From Bispira polyomma (taxonomy: Eukaryota): a stretch of DNA of 64,000 nucleotides. Position 1 is the first letter of the stretch, and each line of letters opens with the position of its first letter. The notes under the pieces are model-generated. The model was not told where the DNA came from. It made no database searches and saw only the letters and a list, made by a program, of their open reading frames with translations. The translations under genes were made by a program, and so were the position numbers. Shown here one piece after another: positions 35,949 through 48,948 of the stretch. The stretch lies in assembly GCA_965649765.1 (NCBI GenBank), contig OZ287756.1, forward strand, positions 32,426,001 through 32,490,000. Direction: 5' to 3'.

Positions 35949-38900
35949 ATGGGGAGATGTGGTCGGGTAAGTATATCTTAGTTCGTTTGTTGTGTACCGA
36001 AGCTCTGAGCTGCCATTTCCTTTTTTATATTAACTGGTGTTTACAAGTTAGTAACTAAAAGATAATAATAATAATAAAAAAGTAATAAAAATAAGTTAAT
36101 TACTGGTATGTACCAGAGCCTCTGTTGTTGTGCATGTAGTGTTTATTTATATTTACTTAAGAGGCTATCAACATCAATACAAAACTGCACTGCCGGTATA
36201 TCCGACACAAAGGCACATACAGTGGTTCTTCAGCAACAATTTTAAGTATTTTTATTTGCACAAAGCATTTGAAACTTCAATATATCATTGCAAAATGATA
36301 AAAACAGTAGCATAACAAATCTTGTGTTGTGACGTCACACAATTTGAGTATTGATTCACCATTATATGTATACTACACAACTTAAAAAAACCCTGTACAT
36401 AATATGTACATGAATTTATATTTGTAAATAGGTTTCTTTATATTATGTAAACGAAGAATACAAAAGACTCCTTCTTTTAGGAAATGGTAACTTAAATGTT
36501 TTTTCTAACGTAAGTCCAATTTTTGTATTTTAATTGAAATAATTCTTTTAAAATAATACTAATTTTTTCCAATCATTTAACTATTTTCATTGACTTTAAA
36601 GTCATTCTCCCCCAAAAAAAATAGTTTTGGGAAAACCAAATTGACACATGGGGCAATAATATTAAAATAAACACCAACAGAAATCATTCAAATGTAATTA
36701 CTAGCAAATGTAATTCATTCATCTAGACACCCATAAAACTCAACATGAACAGACATGTTTATGACATTCACAGGGCAATCCTTCAACAACAAAATTTTCC
36801 ACAAATCCCTGCTGAAGGCTACTAACTACTTGTCTCCTACCAGTGTAATATACTTAATGATACTGTGGATAAAAATATGCCACCATAAGTTGTTAGTGGT
36901 TAGTCATGTACAGGTACTTGCCATTGGCTGGTGGTTTACAGGGCTTCAACACTGGCTTGCATCAACCTTAAATCTGGCCATTGCAATATGTCGAAAGCAA
37001 CTTAAAACCCAACTAAATTCAAATTCATAAGCAATGACATTGAGTAGGTCATTTCACTTTAGGACTAGTAAACCACCAATCTACACTGTAGGAAGTCCCA
37101 CATGAAGGAACAAACATGATTCAAACACATATGTGTGATTTTAAAGCAGGTGCTTCTAACCGCTGGGCCACCATTGTCCTATCTGGTGATAAAAAGGTCC
37201 TTACATAATACCCTTGGGCAATATGTGAACACATGATTGCCTGTTCATGACAACCTTCAAACCATAGGACTAGTATCTTTTGCTTTATTGTTTAACAGGT
37301 TGTTATTACATGGAAGTACTTACTCTTGGTTTGTATACTGATCATGCTGCTCGACATCTTGATAAATTCAAACATATCAAAGAACCACAGACACAGCACA
37401 TTCCATATGAACAATTCACTAGCTCTACTGCAACTCAATCCCAATTCTGACAGCAAACCACACTACACCAAGTAGGAGGATGGGCATAATGATATCACAG
37501 CAGATCAAACATCTTTAGAAAGAGAAAAAATCAGCCCCCTCTCATTTGAAAACGAGGCTGGACTTAAGGTACCAAGGGGACAACAGGTTAAAAGAGATCT
37601 AGATAAAAGAGATGTCTTCAAAGACTTGTTAGTGGAAACACATAGGAAACCTGAGGAGAGGAGTCAGGTGGAGAAAAAAAGAGACTACATAGATAGTCAG
37701 AAGAAAAACAACAAGAACAAAAGTATGCAGTTGTCCTTGGAGAATAATACGGATGATGCTATGAACCAGAGGTACTCTACCGGTGCATGCTCATTGATGT
37801 CTGCAGCGTATACCAGCCAGAGTGTAGCTGTGCAGTTGGGGGGGAAACTCTCAGAGGAGAAGGGAGAGATTGTTAAAGAGAAGGCATACATGGTCCACAA
37901 CCCAAATGACTTAAATGTAAGTTTTGGTGTGTTTTTTTTAATAATTAAAGTTGACTTAAAGTTAGCCATGGCGCTTTGCACCTATGCAGTTTGCTGTAAA
38001 GATTGTTTAAGACCAGTGATTTCCAGAGCAGAAAGTCTTAACCCGACTTACCCACCGGCTCTGTTTCTCTCAGACTGTGATATGACACATATTAAACCAA
38101 AGCTAAACCAAAATTATATTGAATAGGCCTATTTCCAGTTTGCACCTGAATGCCTTCTTTTGTCATTGTTAATATGGGATTGTTCTTATGGGATTTTTGT
38201 TGCAAATGCCTTGTTTAAAAGAGAAAAAAACATTGTACTCTAGTGTTGACTGAATTTACACTTTTGCTGCCTGAATGTTAAATAAGCACCACTAAACTTA
38301 AAATTAATTTGACCTTTGCTTTCGAGATGTTATCCAACCTGGAGATATTATAGAAATTAGTACTAAATTGGATGCCTGGTTGAAAAAAAATAACATTTTA
38401 AAATATGGACAGAAAACACAATTATTAGGAGTACTATTTTCTCATGGTTTATACAGAAATGAGCTTTATTTAAAAAAAATATTGTTGGTCTTACAGATGG
38501 TTAAAAGGAACAATTAAATTAATCTTTATTGAAATAAGTAATGTCATTCAAGTAGCCTTATCAACAAAACAAAATGTTAATACCTTTTGATGTATTTAAA
38601 TGTGATCCTCCGAAAAGCAGAGCCTTTAGAATGTTTATCCTTTGCCCCAGAAAAATCAATGCAGCACAGTGATTAATATTATTAATATAGTAACGCAGTA
38701 TTTGTATTATTTTATGTATAACACATACATTAACAGAATGCATGTACAGGCTTTCAGTCTTTTCAAAACTGTGTTCAGACGGAATGCCACTGTTGTTTAG
38801 CAATCCAAAACATATCATTCCTACTGTAATGTATGCATGTAACTTATGCATGTTTGAAGACATGTGTTTTCAATTTGCTTTTCAACTAATGTGTGCATTA

Positions 38901-41900
38901 CAACTGAACAATTACACTACAGACAACAAACAACAAAAACAAAGAAGTAAGACTACAGATATTGTTTATTTTGTTTACAGAATACTCTACCATTACTCAA
39001 GGAGTTTAAGAACCCCTGCTTTGTACAAAAGCTGACGTCAGCTGATCCATATGCTGGTGTATTACATGACAAGCGGTTGGTGCAGACAGATGTGAACTGT
39101 GCCAGGATGCTGTATAAACATAGAATACAGGTACGTAACAGGGTGTATAGGCATAGAATACATGGAAAGTAACAGTGTGTATAAATTTAGAATAAAAATA
39201 AAGTAGGAGTGTATCAACTCAAAATTTAAAATGATATGAGGCACATCGCTTCGAAACCGGTCTTCTGCGCAATATTTACCAAGAATGTCAGTCAGATTGA
39301 ACAGCCAAATCATAAACCCATCAGGTACACATTTTAGGTAATCATGGTATCATTTTATCGAGATGTAATACAAAAAAATCAAAGTATGTCAATATGATTT
39401 AGGTGGATACCAGTATATGTGTATTCTATGCAGTTTCAGAACCATGAAATAGCATTAAAGATTTTGCTAACCATATTACCTCGTGTCCTGTATAAAGGCC
39501 ATTTTCTGTCAGTGACTGTTAAACAACCCTTGCATGTGGCAGTCCTACAACTGTCAGCCACTGTTGTGCAGCATTTCAGTCTAGAAAGGTATATCATCAT
39601 AAAGTCACTGAAAATATGTATTAAGGTATCATTAGTTTCCTTAAAATGGTAATAAATAAACCTGTCACAGAAGAACGATCTTAGAGTGTGTGACAGACCA
39701 AGCTTTGCAATTGTTTGTCTCAGACTAATTATGGCTGACCTTGTGCATAGCATGGATAAAACCCCCGTGCTACTATCACTGTTCAAACTGGTTTATCACT
39801 AGAGTTCACTGCCCCTAAAACACCTTCAGAAAATCCTCACAAAAATCCTATTAGGCAAGCTGAGTCAGCACCTACAAGGGAAGTTCCATGGATCTATCAC
39901 AGTTGAGTCACACCCGTGATTACTCTATATTAAGGCCCACATTATTCTGTGTCACTGATTTCAGAATCAGCAGGCGCCTTTACGTATGCGATGTCTGCCA
40001 CACTTCTTCTTAGCTGGTGTTCAGAAATGTGGCACAAATGAGATGTTAAATGTGCTGCCATTGCATCCACAAATTCCAAAGCTTTCTTTAAAGGAAAACC
40101 ATTGGTGGAACAGAGCCCGATTTGGATATGGAGGAAAAGGTAGGTCCAGGACATGTTAAAAATTATGAATGAATGATGTAGAAATGTAGTTTGATCTTGC
40201 AGTGCTAATAATAAGTGCAGGTAGACCAAAAGAGTGCATCACCACTCACAGAGTCTTCAATAATACTGAACCTAAACCAAACGTTTCTGACTGGCATGTT
40301 CACAGGTCTGTTAGCTATAGTATTTTTCAAGACTAGCTTTGTAATGCCAGGATATGCAAGACACATGTATGAGGTAAAGCTGCACTATGACTGTCTAGTA
40401 GTTGTAAATTGCTGTTTTTATCAACACAACAAGTATATTTTAGTATGATGTATGATGTTGCTAAAGAAAACTTTACGAATTGTCCTTTCTAGAGCAATAG
40501 ATATTGCATACCTTTCTAACCAGTCTTAAGTGTAGGTGTTCTGTGTCTGTTTCAGAGTTTGCCATTCCAATGGAAGGTTATCTGGACATTTTTAATGTTC
40601 CCGCAGAGAAGATACTTCATGCCAAATCTTCTAACAGCAACAGCACTTCTTTTACATATAATCATGTAACTGGTAAGTTCTTTCTGAACAACACTTTCCC
40701 ACTTGAGCTGGTCTTCACAAAGATTCATATTTCCACAGTTCTTGTCTGAACCAATTGGATTAGCTGAATATATGATTTAGAGAATATGATTAGATGAGAT
40801 TGATAAAAATTGTAAATAATTTGCTAAGAATGTTTGTGAATACAACCCTTGTAATGTAGCTCCATCATCATACACATAAGCCATAGTTTTATGTAAGTGT
40901 CTCACTCGGTGTGAAGATTGCATATTTGGTCATACATTGTATCATGGTTAGGCTATTGGTTTGGCAACCACAAAGTGTAACTCCTGGTTAGGTGAGTTTG
41001 TCTGGTGACCAGAAGCTCTCCAGTTGGACTTCCACCTATGCCACTAGGTTTATTTAGGGCTAGATGATAACACACCATTGCCTCTTGATGATGACCAATG
41101 ATTTGTTGAAGGACTACCACTTTCAATAAATCAAGATGATAGAACTGTGTACTGTTTTGTGATTAAGGTGATCTTTCTCCAGCACTTCTCTGGGACCAAC
41201 TCTTCTGGAGGCTCATGCCAGAAAACAAAAGGAAGAAAGAACCATCCATTTTAGCCCAACATCTCATAGCAAAAGTGATTCCACAGGCTAAGTTTCTCCT
41301 CATTCTGAGAAATCCGACTGACAGGTAGCAACTCGACTGTTAATTTCTGCTGACATTAATATATTTGGCACAACAGTTCAGAATTTGAATATATTTATGT
41401 TTTATGTGGCTTTCATCAGCTTTGGTCATATTGTGATTGCCAAGATTAGTGGTGGGGCAAATCAGTGCTAAAGCGCTGTAAACCAGAGACCTATAGCAAG
41501 TACCTGACAAACTTTCTCACACAAAGAAGGATTCTGTGGGATTCGATTCTCAGAGGTGACAGAACAGTGATTTTGAAACAGGTGCTTCCAACTGGAACGT
41601 TTGTACCTGAAACATTTGTATAGCATCAAAATTATGATGCATCATCACAGAACACTGTAGTATGTAGTTTTCGGAGGCCTCACCATAACCAACCTTAACA
41701 CATGCAACATGTAGCACGTCATGACTGTCTTGCTACTAATCCTGACCCTATATAGCCTTATGTGTAACTATGTGTGAACAAACAACTAAACTATCTGTAC
41801 TTTTATTAGGTGGAGCTTCGTGCTTTAGATAGTCAAATAACTTTTAAGTCTTAGCAAAGACAAAAGCCAGTATAAGTGAACCTTGGATGTATAATGAATT

Positions 41901-44029
41901 ACTTTGTTTTGGGAAGGACATCATAATAGCAGTTCTAATGATGTTGTAAGCTATTCTCGTCCATCATATGAAAAAAAATCAAACCCTTTGTCAAATGCAA
42001 TCTTGGACCAATGGTTGGGCCTGCAGATATTTCTTGAATTGATTTTCATCTATATAGCATACAAATAGAGCATTAGAACAATATTTCTGTATATGGCAAG
42101 CTATTATGGTCCACAATAAGGACAACCCATTGTCAATTTGAATTTGAATTTGGATATTTAACGTCCACTCTAGTACCTTTTAGTAGGTTATATTGTTATA
42201 TTGGGACGGGTAGCCCATTGTCAAAACGCACCTTGGACTTCTTTGGTCTTTTACCGTGTAAATATTAATGTAAATTTGGATTTTTAAATTATGAATAAAG
42301 TATTACAAACACTTTCTACATTGCAGATTATATTCTGACTGGCTGTTCTTTGCCCCACGTCCGACAAAGGGGAATAATTCCATTGTTGCCTTCCATGAGA
42401 ATGTAGTTAGTGCCACTGCCTGGATGAACAATTGTACCACAGTAAAACCACTTAGAGCCTGTTTCTATGATCCCCTCTTGCTGGATAATCCTCACCAAGC
42501 AAATTTAAATAGAGGGAAAAATCCTTGGTGGAATCCAGTGGTGAGGTTTTTTTGCATTTTTTGTTGCTCCAGTATGTTTGTTTGTTAGTTTAGCAGAAAA
42601 AAAAACAACAATTAATTTTGACAAGGCTTTATGGAAACTCTGAAATTTTAAAGTTAGTACTAACCTTATACCTTCAAAACGTCATAACTTAAAAACTGTA
42701 AGGCAATGGTTGTAAGCCATTCTATGACTAACTGTAGGAGGTCTTGGTCTGTAGGTAAAGTATAGTTACATTTTGAACCCCACGTCAGAGGTTTGTTTTC
42801 TACCTGATCTTCTCTAGTGAGATATAAAAAAATAGTTATTTTTAGTTTTCTGCTCAATTGAATTAAATTTATAGTTGGTGAACTGTATATATTGTACAGT
42901 TGAAACCCTTTAATTGCAAATATATTTAGTCAATTTTTTGTTTGAAATATAATGTTGCACCAGAAAAATGCTACATGTTTCAATTTAGCTGTTTCGAGGT
43001 TTTAACAGACTTTCTCATTTGTTAAAGTTCAATATTATATGGAAGTTTCGTCCGGTATCTATCATTGTTTTTGTGTTTTACTTTATACAGTTTAGACTTA
43101 GAATGGGCATGTACTACATATTTCTTAAAGATTTGCTGGAGGTTTTCCCAAGGAACCAAGTCATGGTCTTCCGTTTAGAAGATTACTCTCAAAACAGAGG
43201 TCTATGGCTATCTAAGATTTATGGCTTCCTAGGACTAGGTAAGGTATATTCTATGGTAAATACAATACCTACTGGTTAAACTTTTCTTGTCATTTGTAAC
43301 TTTACATTAAATATGATATTAATATTTAAATGAAATATGTCGTCTTTTCTATGTTTTTTTTTTTTGCCTTGCGGGAGTTTATATATACATGGTATTCAGT
43401 GCAATCATTTAAGGTTCTCACTTTGGCAAAGTAAATATATTTCCTCGTATTCTTTGTTGTATCACTTATGTTATATTTGAATTGTATTACATTTTGAGTT
43501 TTTAACTTGCCGTGGTGAATGAAACCTGCACTGAGGCGATGTAAACCACATACCTGGTGGAAAGTACAGGACAACATTTTTCACGTGAAGGAACAAATGA
43601 GATTCAAACCCACACTAGTGAGAGGCCAGTGATTGCTTTTAACCACTAGGCTACCACGGCCCCTGATTATTGTTGGAAAGTAGAATCATTTTAAGGCTTG
43701 CACTTGCAAAATACTAGTGTACAGTCTCTAGTGTCAAGTGGATATTCAAATAATACTAGTTACCCAGCAGCATTTTTTTCGCAAATGTAATATTATATAT
43801 TTTTTTATACATACATATATATATATATATTCTATTTCTTTCAGAGCCATACCCAAAGGTGATGTCACAAATTGAGAGGACAACTGTTCACAACCAGAAC
43901 AAAGGGGGATACAGAAAGCATGGCTCTATGTTACCAGAGACCAGGCAGCTTCTGGATACTTTCTATAGTACATATAATAACCAACTGGCAGCGTTGTTGG
44001 GTGATGAAGGATACAGATACATTAAATAA
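35949..44029 (+). CDS. CHST15: Carbohydrate sulfotransferase 15-like (GalNAc4S-6ST). Exons 35949-35966, 37299-37916, 38981-39130, 39965-40139, 40556-40672, 41168-41324, 42327-42540, 43091-43238, 43845-44029; in-frame TAG at 37473-37475
   Basis: All introns GT-AG with consistent phases. Type II TM (ITWKYLLLVCILIMLLDILI), FKNPCF, RCLPHFFLAGVQKCGT, KENHWW, YLDIF..VTGDLSP, LRNPTDRLYSD, GMYYIFLKD..FPRNQ..RLEDY, MLPETRQLLDTFY. The first micro-exon (MGRCGR) is least certain; symbol denotes family likeness, not orthology. Confidence 0.88.
42137..42213 (-). mobile_element. 5'-truncated S1 SINE in a CHST15-like intron
   Basis: S1 3' end and tail flanked by exact 11-bp TSD cccattgtcaa (42126-42136, 42214-42224). 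Confidence 0.9.
43535..43643 (-). mobile_element. Older SINE related to S1 (similar relics ~13310-13390, 37075-37172, 41460-41590)
   Basis: gagattcaaaccc..cagtgattgcttttaaccactaggctaccacggcccc resembles the S1 head complement. Confidence 0.65.
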
Positions 44030-45149
44030 CACAGATGTTATATTGGCATTGTTTGGCAATGTGAAATTTGCCTTATTTTGACGTCAGACAATTAGTGGTA
44101 GGCAACATTAGCATGTTCAAAGGACCTTGTGATCACCAGAGCAACTCCCTAACCAGTAGTCCATGGAGGTACCACAAATTCTAAATATATATACAGTAAT
44201 ACAATGTTGTTAGGTGTTGAAGGGTATGGGAATATCAAATAACACGGGTAATAAATAAAAGCTTTGTATGAATTTAAATAGCTGACCGAATAAGAATTGA
44301 AAGTATTATTATATTATTTAGAATGACATTGCTGGTCTATTCATATGCACATTTTAAGCTGTAATGTTTTTTTTTATGATTTGTACAATATGCAAGTAGT
44401 TCAATGGTGATTCTTTCAAAAAATTAAAATTACTCTTGACAAAATAACCGTTTAGTGAATTGATAACAAACTATCAGTAATGTATAATATAGAATATAAA
44501 TGACCTGTTTCAAATGTATACTGAAAGTTATGAAGTTTTTGCTTGATGTTATGTTGTGTGTGTTCACGGTCCACAAGTTCTGTACAATCCTAAATCAAGT
44601 GTGTATCATGTGTTGTTTGTCATCTTTTTTTTTCAAAAAAATGTGACAAAGCAAACATTTTTACTAACATATTTAATGTATAAATAGTAATTTTTTTATT
44701 TTTAATATTTTATTTTGCATAACAAGTCATAAAAAAGTTTTTACAATACATACATGACAAGTAGTACAATTTTTACAATCTTACATTCACAGTTTTACAC
44801 ACAGGGCAAATTAACAAAGACACAGATATAAACAAAGACACATATATATCAGTCTTATCTGATCAACAAGTATTAAAGTAATGCAGAAACTATGTTACTC
44901 AGTGATTATTATTTTCTTTTCCAGGAGTTAATACATTCATTGCATTCAAACAGGTGGTGTGAAAATATAAAAGGTAATTTATTAAACGTTTAATGAGGGG
45001 AAAACTGGCCAATGTGATTATATCGATCATTAAAGTATGTATTATTCAAATTTCCAGGACAGTAGCCCGCTTAGCAAAATATATATTGTTTACTGACATA
45101 TCTCTAATCAGAATAAATTAATGCTGGGACTGTACCACATTTTTCTAAT

Positions 45150-45450
45150 TGCTCTCATTATAATTTAGAAGTCCGGTAGATGAATCCAGTGATCACATTT
45201 TGCCTATTTAATAATAAGAAGACGCGTTTTAACTGTTCATGTAGTACACGAGGGCAAAATCGTTTACATTGACAACATATATCTGAATCATCATCAGTCA
45301 GGGATTTATCACTGTCTGAATCCTCAACACTGTATCTCCTTCGACCAGACTGTGGACTCTGTTGATGACCTGGTAATTTGAACAGATTACATTTTTCTAA
45401 TTTTATTGGCAGTAGTACTATCACTAGAACCTTAGATCTTTTGGTGTTTT
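45150..45450 (-). pseudogene. Decayed acidic linker plus PHD-finger remnant, probably a pogo/DDE transposase C-terminus
   Basis: DSDSD..DDDSDICCQC then, after a frameshift, *AKCDHWIHL. Transposase origin inferred from the known pogo-like architecture. Confidence 0.5.
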
Positions 45451-45732
45451 GCAAATTGTTTCACATTTGTACCGTCTAGACTTCACTTCGTAAAATATAT
45501 CCTAATCTGTGTCTGCCTTACCTTCTACAAGTCTATTTGATGTATCACAAACCTTTGTGACTGTTGTTTTAAAATGTAAATGTGAATGGCAGGTTTATAG
45601 TCTGATATCCCCTCTATTGAGGTCCCAACCGGCTTTACAGTTTACACCTCCAGTCTGGATTCTTTTACTTGTCAACCAATTGTTCAGTCTCCACCAGGAA
45701 GTATACTAGCCTCGCTGCCACATGTGGCGCAG

Positions 45733-45839
45733 GGGCTGTATTCATGAAGGGACTTGGCCAGGTCTTAGGCTTAAATCAGTATACTTTTGTTTTGGATTTA
45801 AGCCTAAGACCTGGCTAAGTCCTTTCGTGAATACGGGCC
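45733..45839. mobile_element. 107-bp palindromic MITE, PIF/Harbinger-like
   Basis: ~45-bp imperfect inverted arms (gggctgtattcatgaagggactt.. / ..aagtcctttcgtgaatacgggcc) flanked by CAG on both sides. Confidence 0.8.
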
Positions 45840-45887
45840 CAGAAAGACTAACACTCACTAGTGGCCAGGTACCCATTTATACACCTG

Positions 45888-46788
45888 GGCTGGTATTCTC
45901 GAACGTGTACTCAAATCTGAGTATATACTCAACTAAAACCTTGAGTTTATACTCAGCTGAGTTTATACTCAAATTGGTATTCTCGAATGTAAACTCAACT
46001 AAGTATGAACTCAGGCATGTTTTGAGTATATACTCAGCTGTATGACATCACTGTGTGGCAGATTCGCAGTAAATTATGATATTAAAATATTTATTAATAG
46101 TGCAAGCCATTTCGTCTTTCCATTATAAGATATAAGTTTTTCATAATTTTTACATAAATTTTATTCTTGTGTTTATTTCTGTGTTGTGCACAGAAAAAGG
46201 AGAAAATAAATAGATCTGCTTGTGGTAAAATGTTTGTCTTTCAATGACTTATTGCAGTCTATTAAGTTGTTTCTTGAATTTTACAAGAACAAAAATATAA
46301 TTTAGTGTCAATATCTTTACTCACAAGCCATAAAATATGTACCTTGATTCACTGTTTGATTTACGTTCATATAATTTATTGGTGTAAAATATAGCCAACA
46401 CACGCAACTCGCAAAGAGAAAATATTTTATATTAAAGGTATAAAGTATTAACCTATCTTCAACAAAGTTTAGGAAAACAATAACAAGTCACTGAATTAAA
46501 TGAAAATGAGCTAAACATTATCTATATTACATACTCTTCTGTAGGGTTTGTGATTTGGGTAAAACTGCTTGAATAATCATAGTATGATTGAATTACACAA
46601 TAAAGTAACATTTTCTAATTATTTCTGACTTGTATATCTTATTTTTCAAATGAAAAGTGAAGATATAGCATGGTTATTAATAACATCCTATCAAATATTG
46701 AAGTCCCTGAGTATGATTTAGCCATACTCAAGGATTTGAGTATATACTCAGGGTTATACTCATACTCTAACCTTCAAGAATACCAACT
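45888..46788. mobile_element. ~900-bp MITE, PIF/Harbinger-like
   Basis: TIRs ggctggtattctcgaa / ttcaagaataccaact, subterminal TGAGTATATACTCA palindromes at both ends, CTG TSD (45885-45887, 46789-46791). Confidence 0.78.
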
Positions 46789-47724
46789 CTGCCAAGCCTA
46801 AACTACCGAAATTCCGGATCTTACTAAAACGCAAATTTCTGGTGATATTTAACAAAGTAAATGTCTTTATTTTTAAGACCGTCCATGTGAAGCAGACAGT
46901 CTACTTACCATCTATGTTGTCTCTCAGAAATCTCCCTGGAGGAAATTGTCTCTCCACCTCTGACTTCTTACCCAAAAAACTAGCAGGTTGACAATGATTT
47001 AAAGTTGCAACACCCAGTAAATGGAATAGTCTCCCTCCAAGTCTTCACACTGAGACAAGGATTACAGACTTCAGGAAAAAGCTTAAAAACACATTTATAT
47101 CTACTCGCTTTTTCACCCTTACATTTGTCTCGATATGAAAAAGACTTGTCCTATAGGAAAAAGGCTTGTGATCTGAGTTTAGTCGTAATCCTATACAAGT
47201 AAAAACATTAATAGTACTTACTGGGTCATATTGCTGGTACTTTGCATTTATGTATACCATACAAAAAAAGCGAATAAGAAACATAGAAAAACAGTGCCGT
47301 GTCATTCTGATAAAATAACCAAGTAAAACATCATTGCCATTTATTTTTGGTGAGGTATATCTTTGCTTGCAACCGCTTGTAACCATTTAAAATGATACAG
47401 ACTAAACTTTTACTGATTAATAATACTGCTCTTATTACCCATTTACGGTTACTTGTTCATAAATAGGTGCTAGTGCTGGGTGTTTATGGCATGTTCTAGT
47501 CATGGTGGCTGCACTTCCTAACTGTTGTGTTTCTAAAAATGTACTCGTAAGCTATTACTCATAGCGGTATACTCTTGTTAAGTGTATTCTCAAAGTATAA
47601 ATGATGGCGCTTACTTAGTGCCAAAGCTGTTTATAGCTTCCCCTGTCCCCTGGTGGCCTAATTTGTCTCCCAGTGACCTGGTACCAGAAATGAGGGGGCT
47701 GACACCGAGGCGTCAGCCCACCAG

Positions 47725-47960
47725 TATTTTGTACACATGGCTGTCTATTATGTTTGTACATGTTGTCTTGTCCCCGTTTTGTGTTTTGTACATGTTGTCA
47801 TATCTAATGACCATAGATGTGTTTTTGTTCATGTTGCTGCATGTCTTGTACCTGATGTACTGTTGTACATGTTGCTGTACGTGTCATGTATTTACATGTG
47901 TTCTGTTCGTTCTGCTGTATGTTTTTTAATGTGATTTTTGTACATGTTACTGTTTGCCAT
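47725..47960. repeat. Degenerate TGTACATGT-rich tandem repeat
   Basis: Repeated tacatgttg/catgt units. Confidence 0.7.
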
Positions 47961-48948
47961 GTCCTTATATATATTGTATAAGTAGAGCATTTAGCTGGAA
48001 CAAAACTTTTACTAATTTTACTAGTCATAAAAAAATCCCCTTTAATACATTTTTACTATTGGCCATTTCTCGTCAACAAATATATATTGTAAATATAAAT
48101 TTAACTTAGAGTTGCTTTTTACTATCCACAGTCGTTAGCTCAAATTAATTCCCAGTGAAGTTTTCTGCGTATACAGTACACAAATGAGTTATATACATTC
48201 TTTATTATACATTATTCACATAATTTGAGTTGAGGGGACACTACCAAAAGCATTTGATTTTTTTACCTTTGTTGTAATGTCAACACTCAACTGTTGAACA
48301 AAATGGCTCAAGATAACAAAAAAAAAAAAAAACCCTTTTTTTTAGCATTGCTTCACTTGACTATTCACATGGAATCAATTTGTTTGCTTACCAATTATTG
48401 GCTAAACATTAGATTACTATGTTTTTACTTTGCCTCTCTTCTATCATTCCGTATATATAAAGAATGGTTATGTCACTATAATGATCCAAATCAGTGGCAC
48501 AACATTAATGTATTAACATCTATGAAATGTATTGCAGAAATACACATATATATTTATAAAAAAATTTAAGTGATAAGTATGCTAATACTGTCAAGTATGT
48601 GAGAAAGTTTATGATATCATTTAATAAATATTTTCGTATATGTTTGCTTTTAGATATGACATATAATTAGATCTTTGACAAGAATGTCTCAATAAACTGT
48701 TGGATATACTGAAAATGTGTATAAAGTATCATCTAATAAAATTACATTTATAAGAATACACTACATACATTTATATATTTACACATATTATTCAGTGTAT
48801 TATACTTGTGCCGATTACCTAAACATAAAGAGAAAAACTATACCATTGTGAATATTTTTCAGTTTAAAAAAATGAGCATTGTAAATTTTTTAGGATTTCA
48901 GTTGAACAAGTTGTAAAGGTAAAAATAAAGGTCAGTGGCTTAATAATA

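Noticed and set aside
39436-39588. AG..GT-bounded candidate exon in the CHST15-like gene
   Set aside because: Flanking exons already join in phase, and the peptide has no sulfotransferase similarity.
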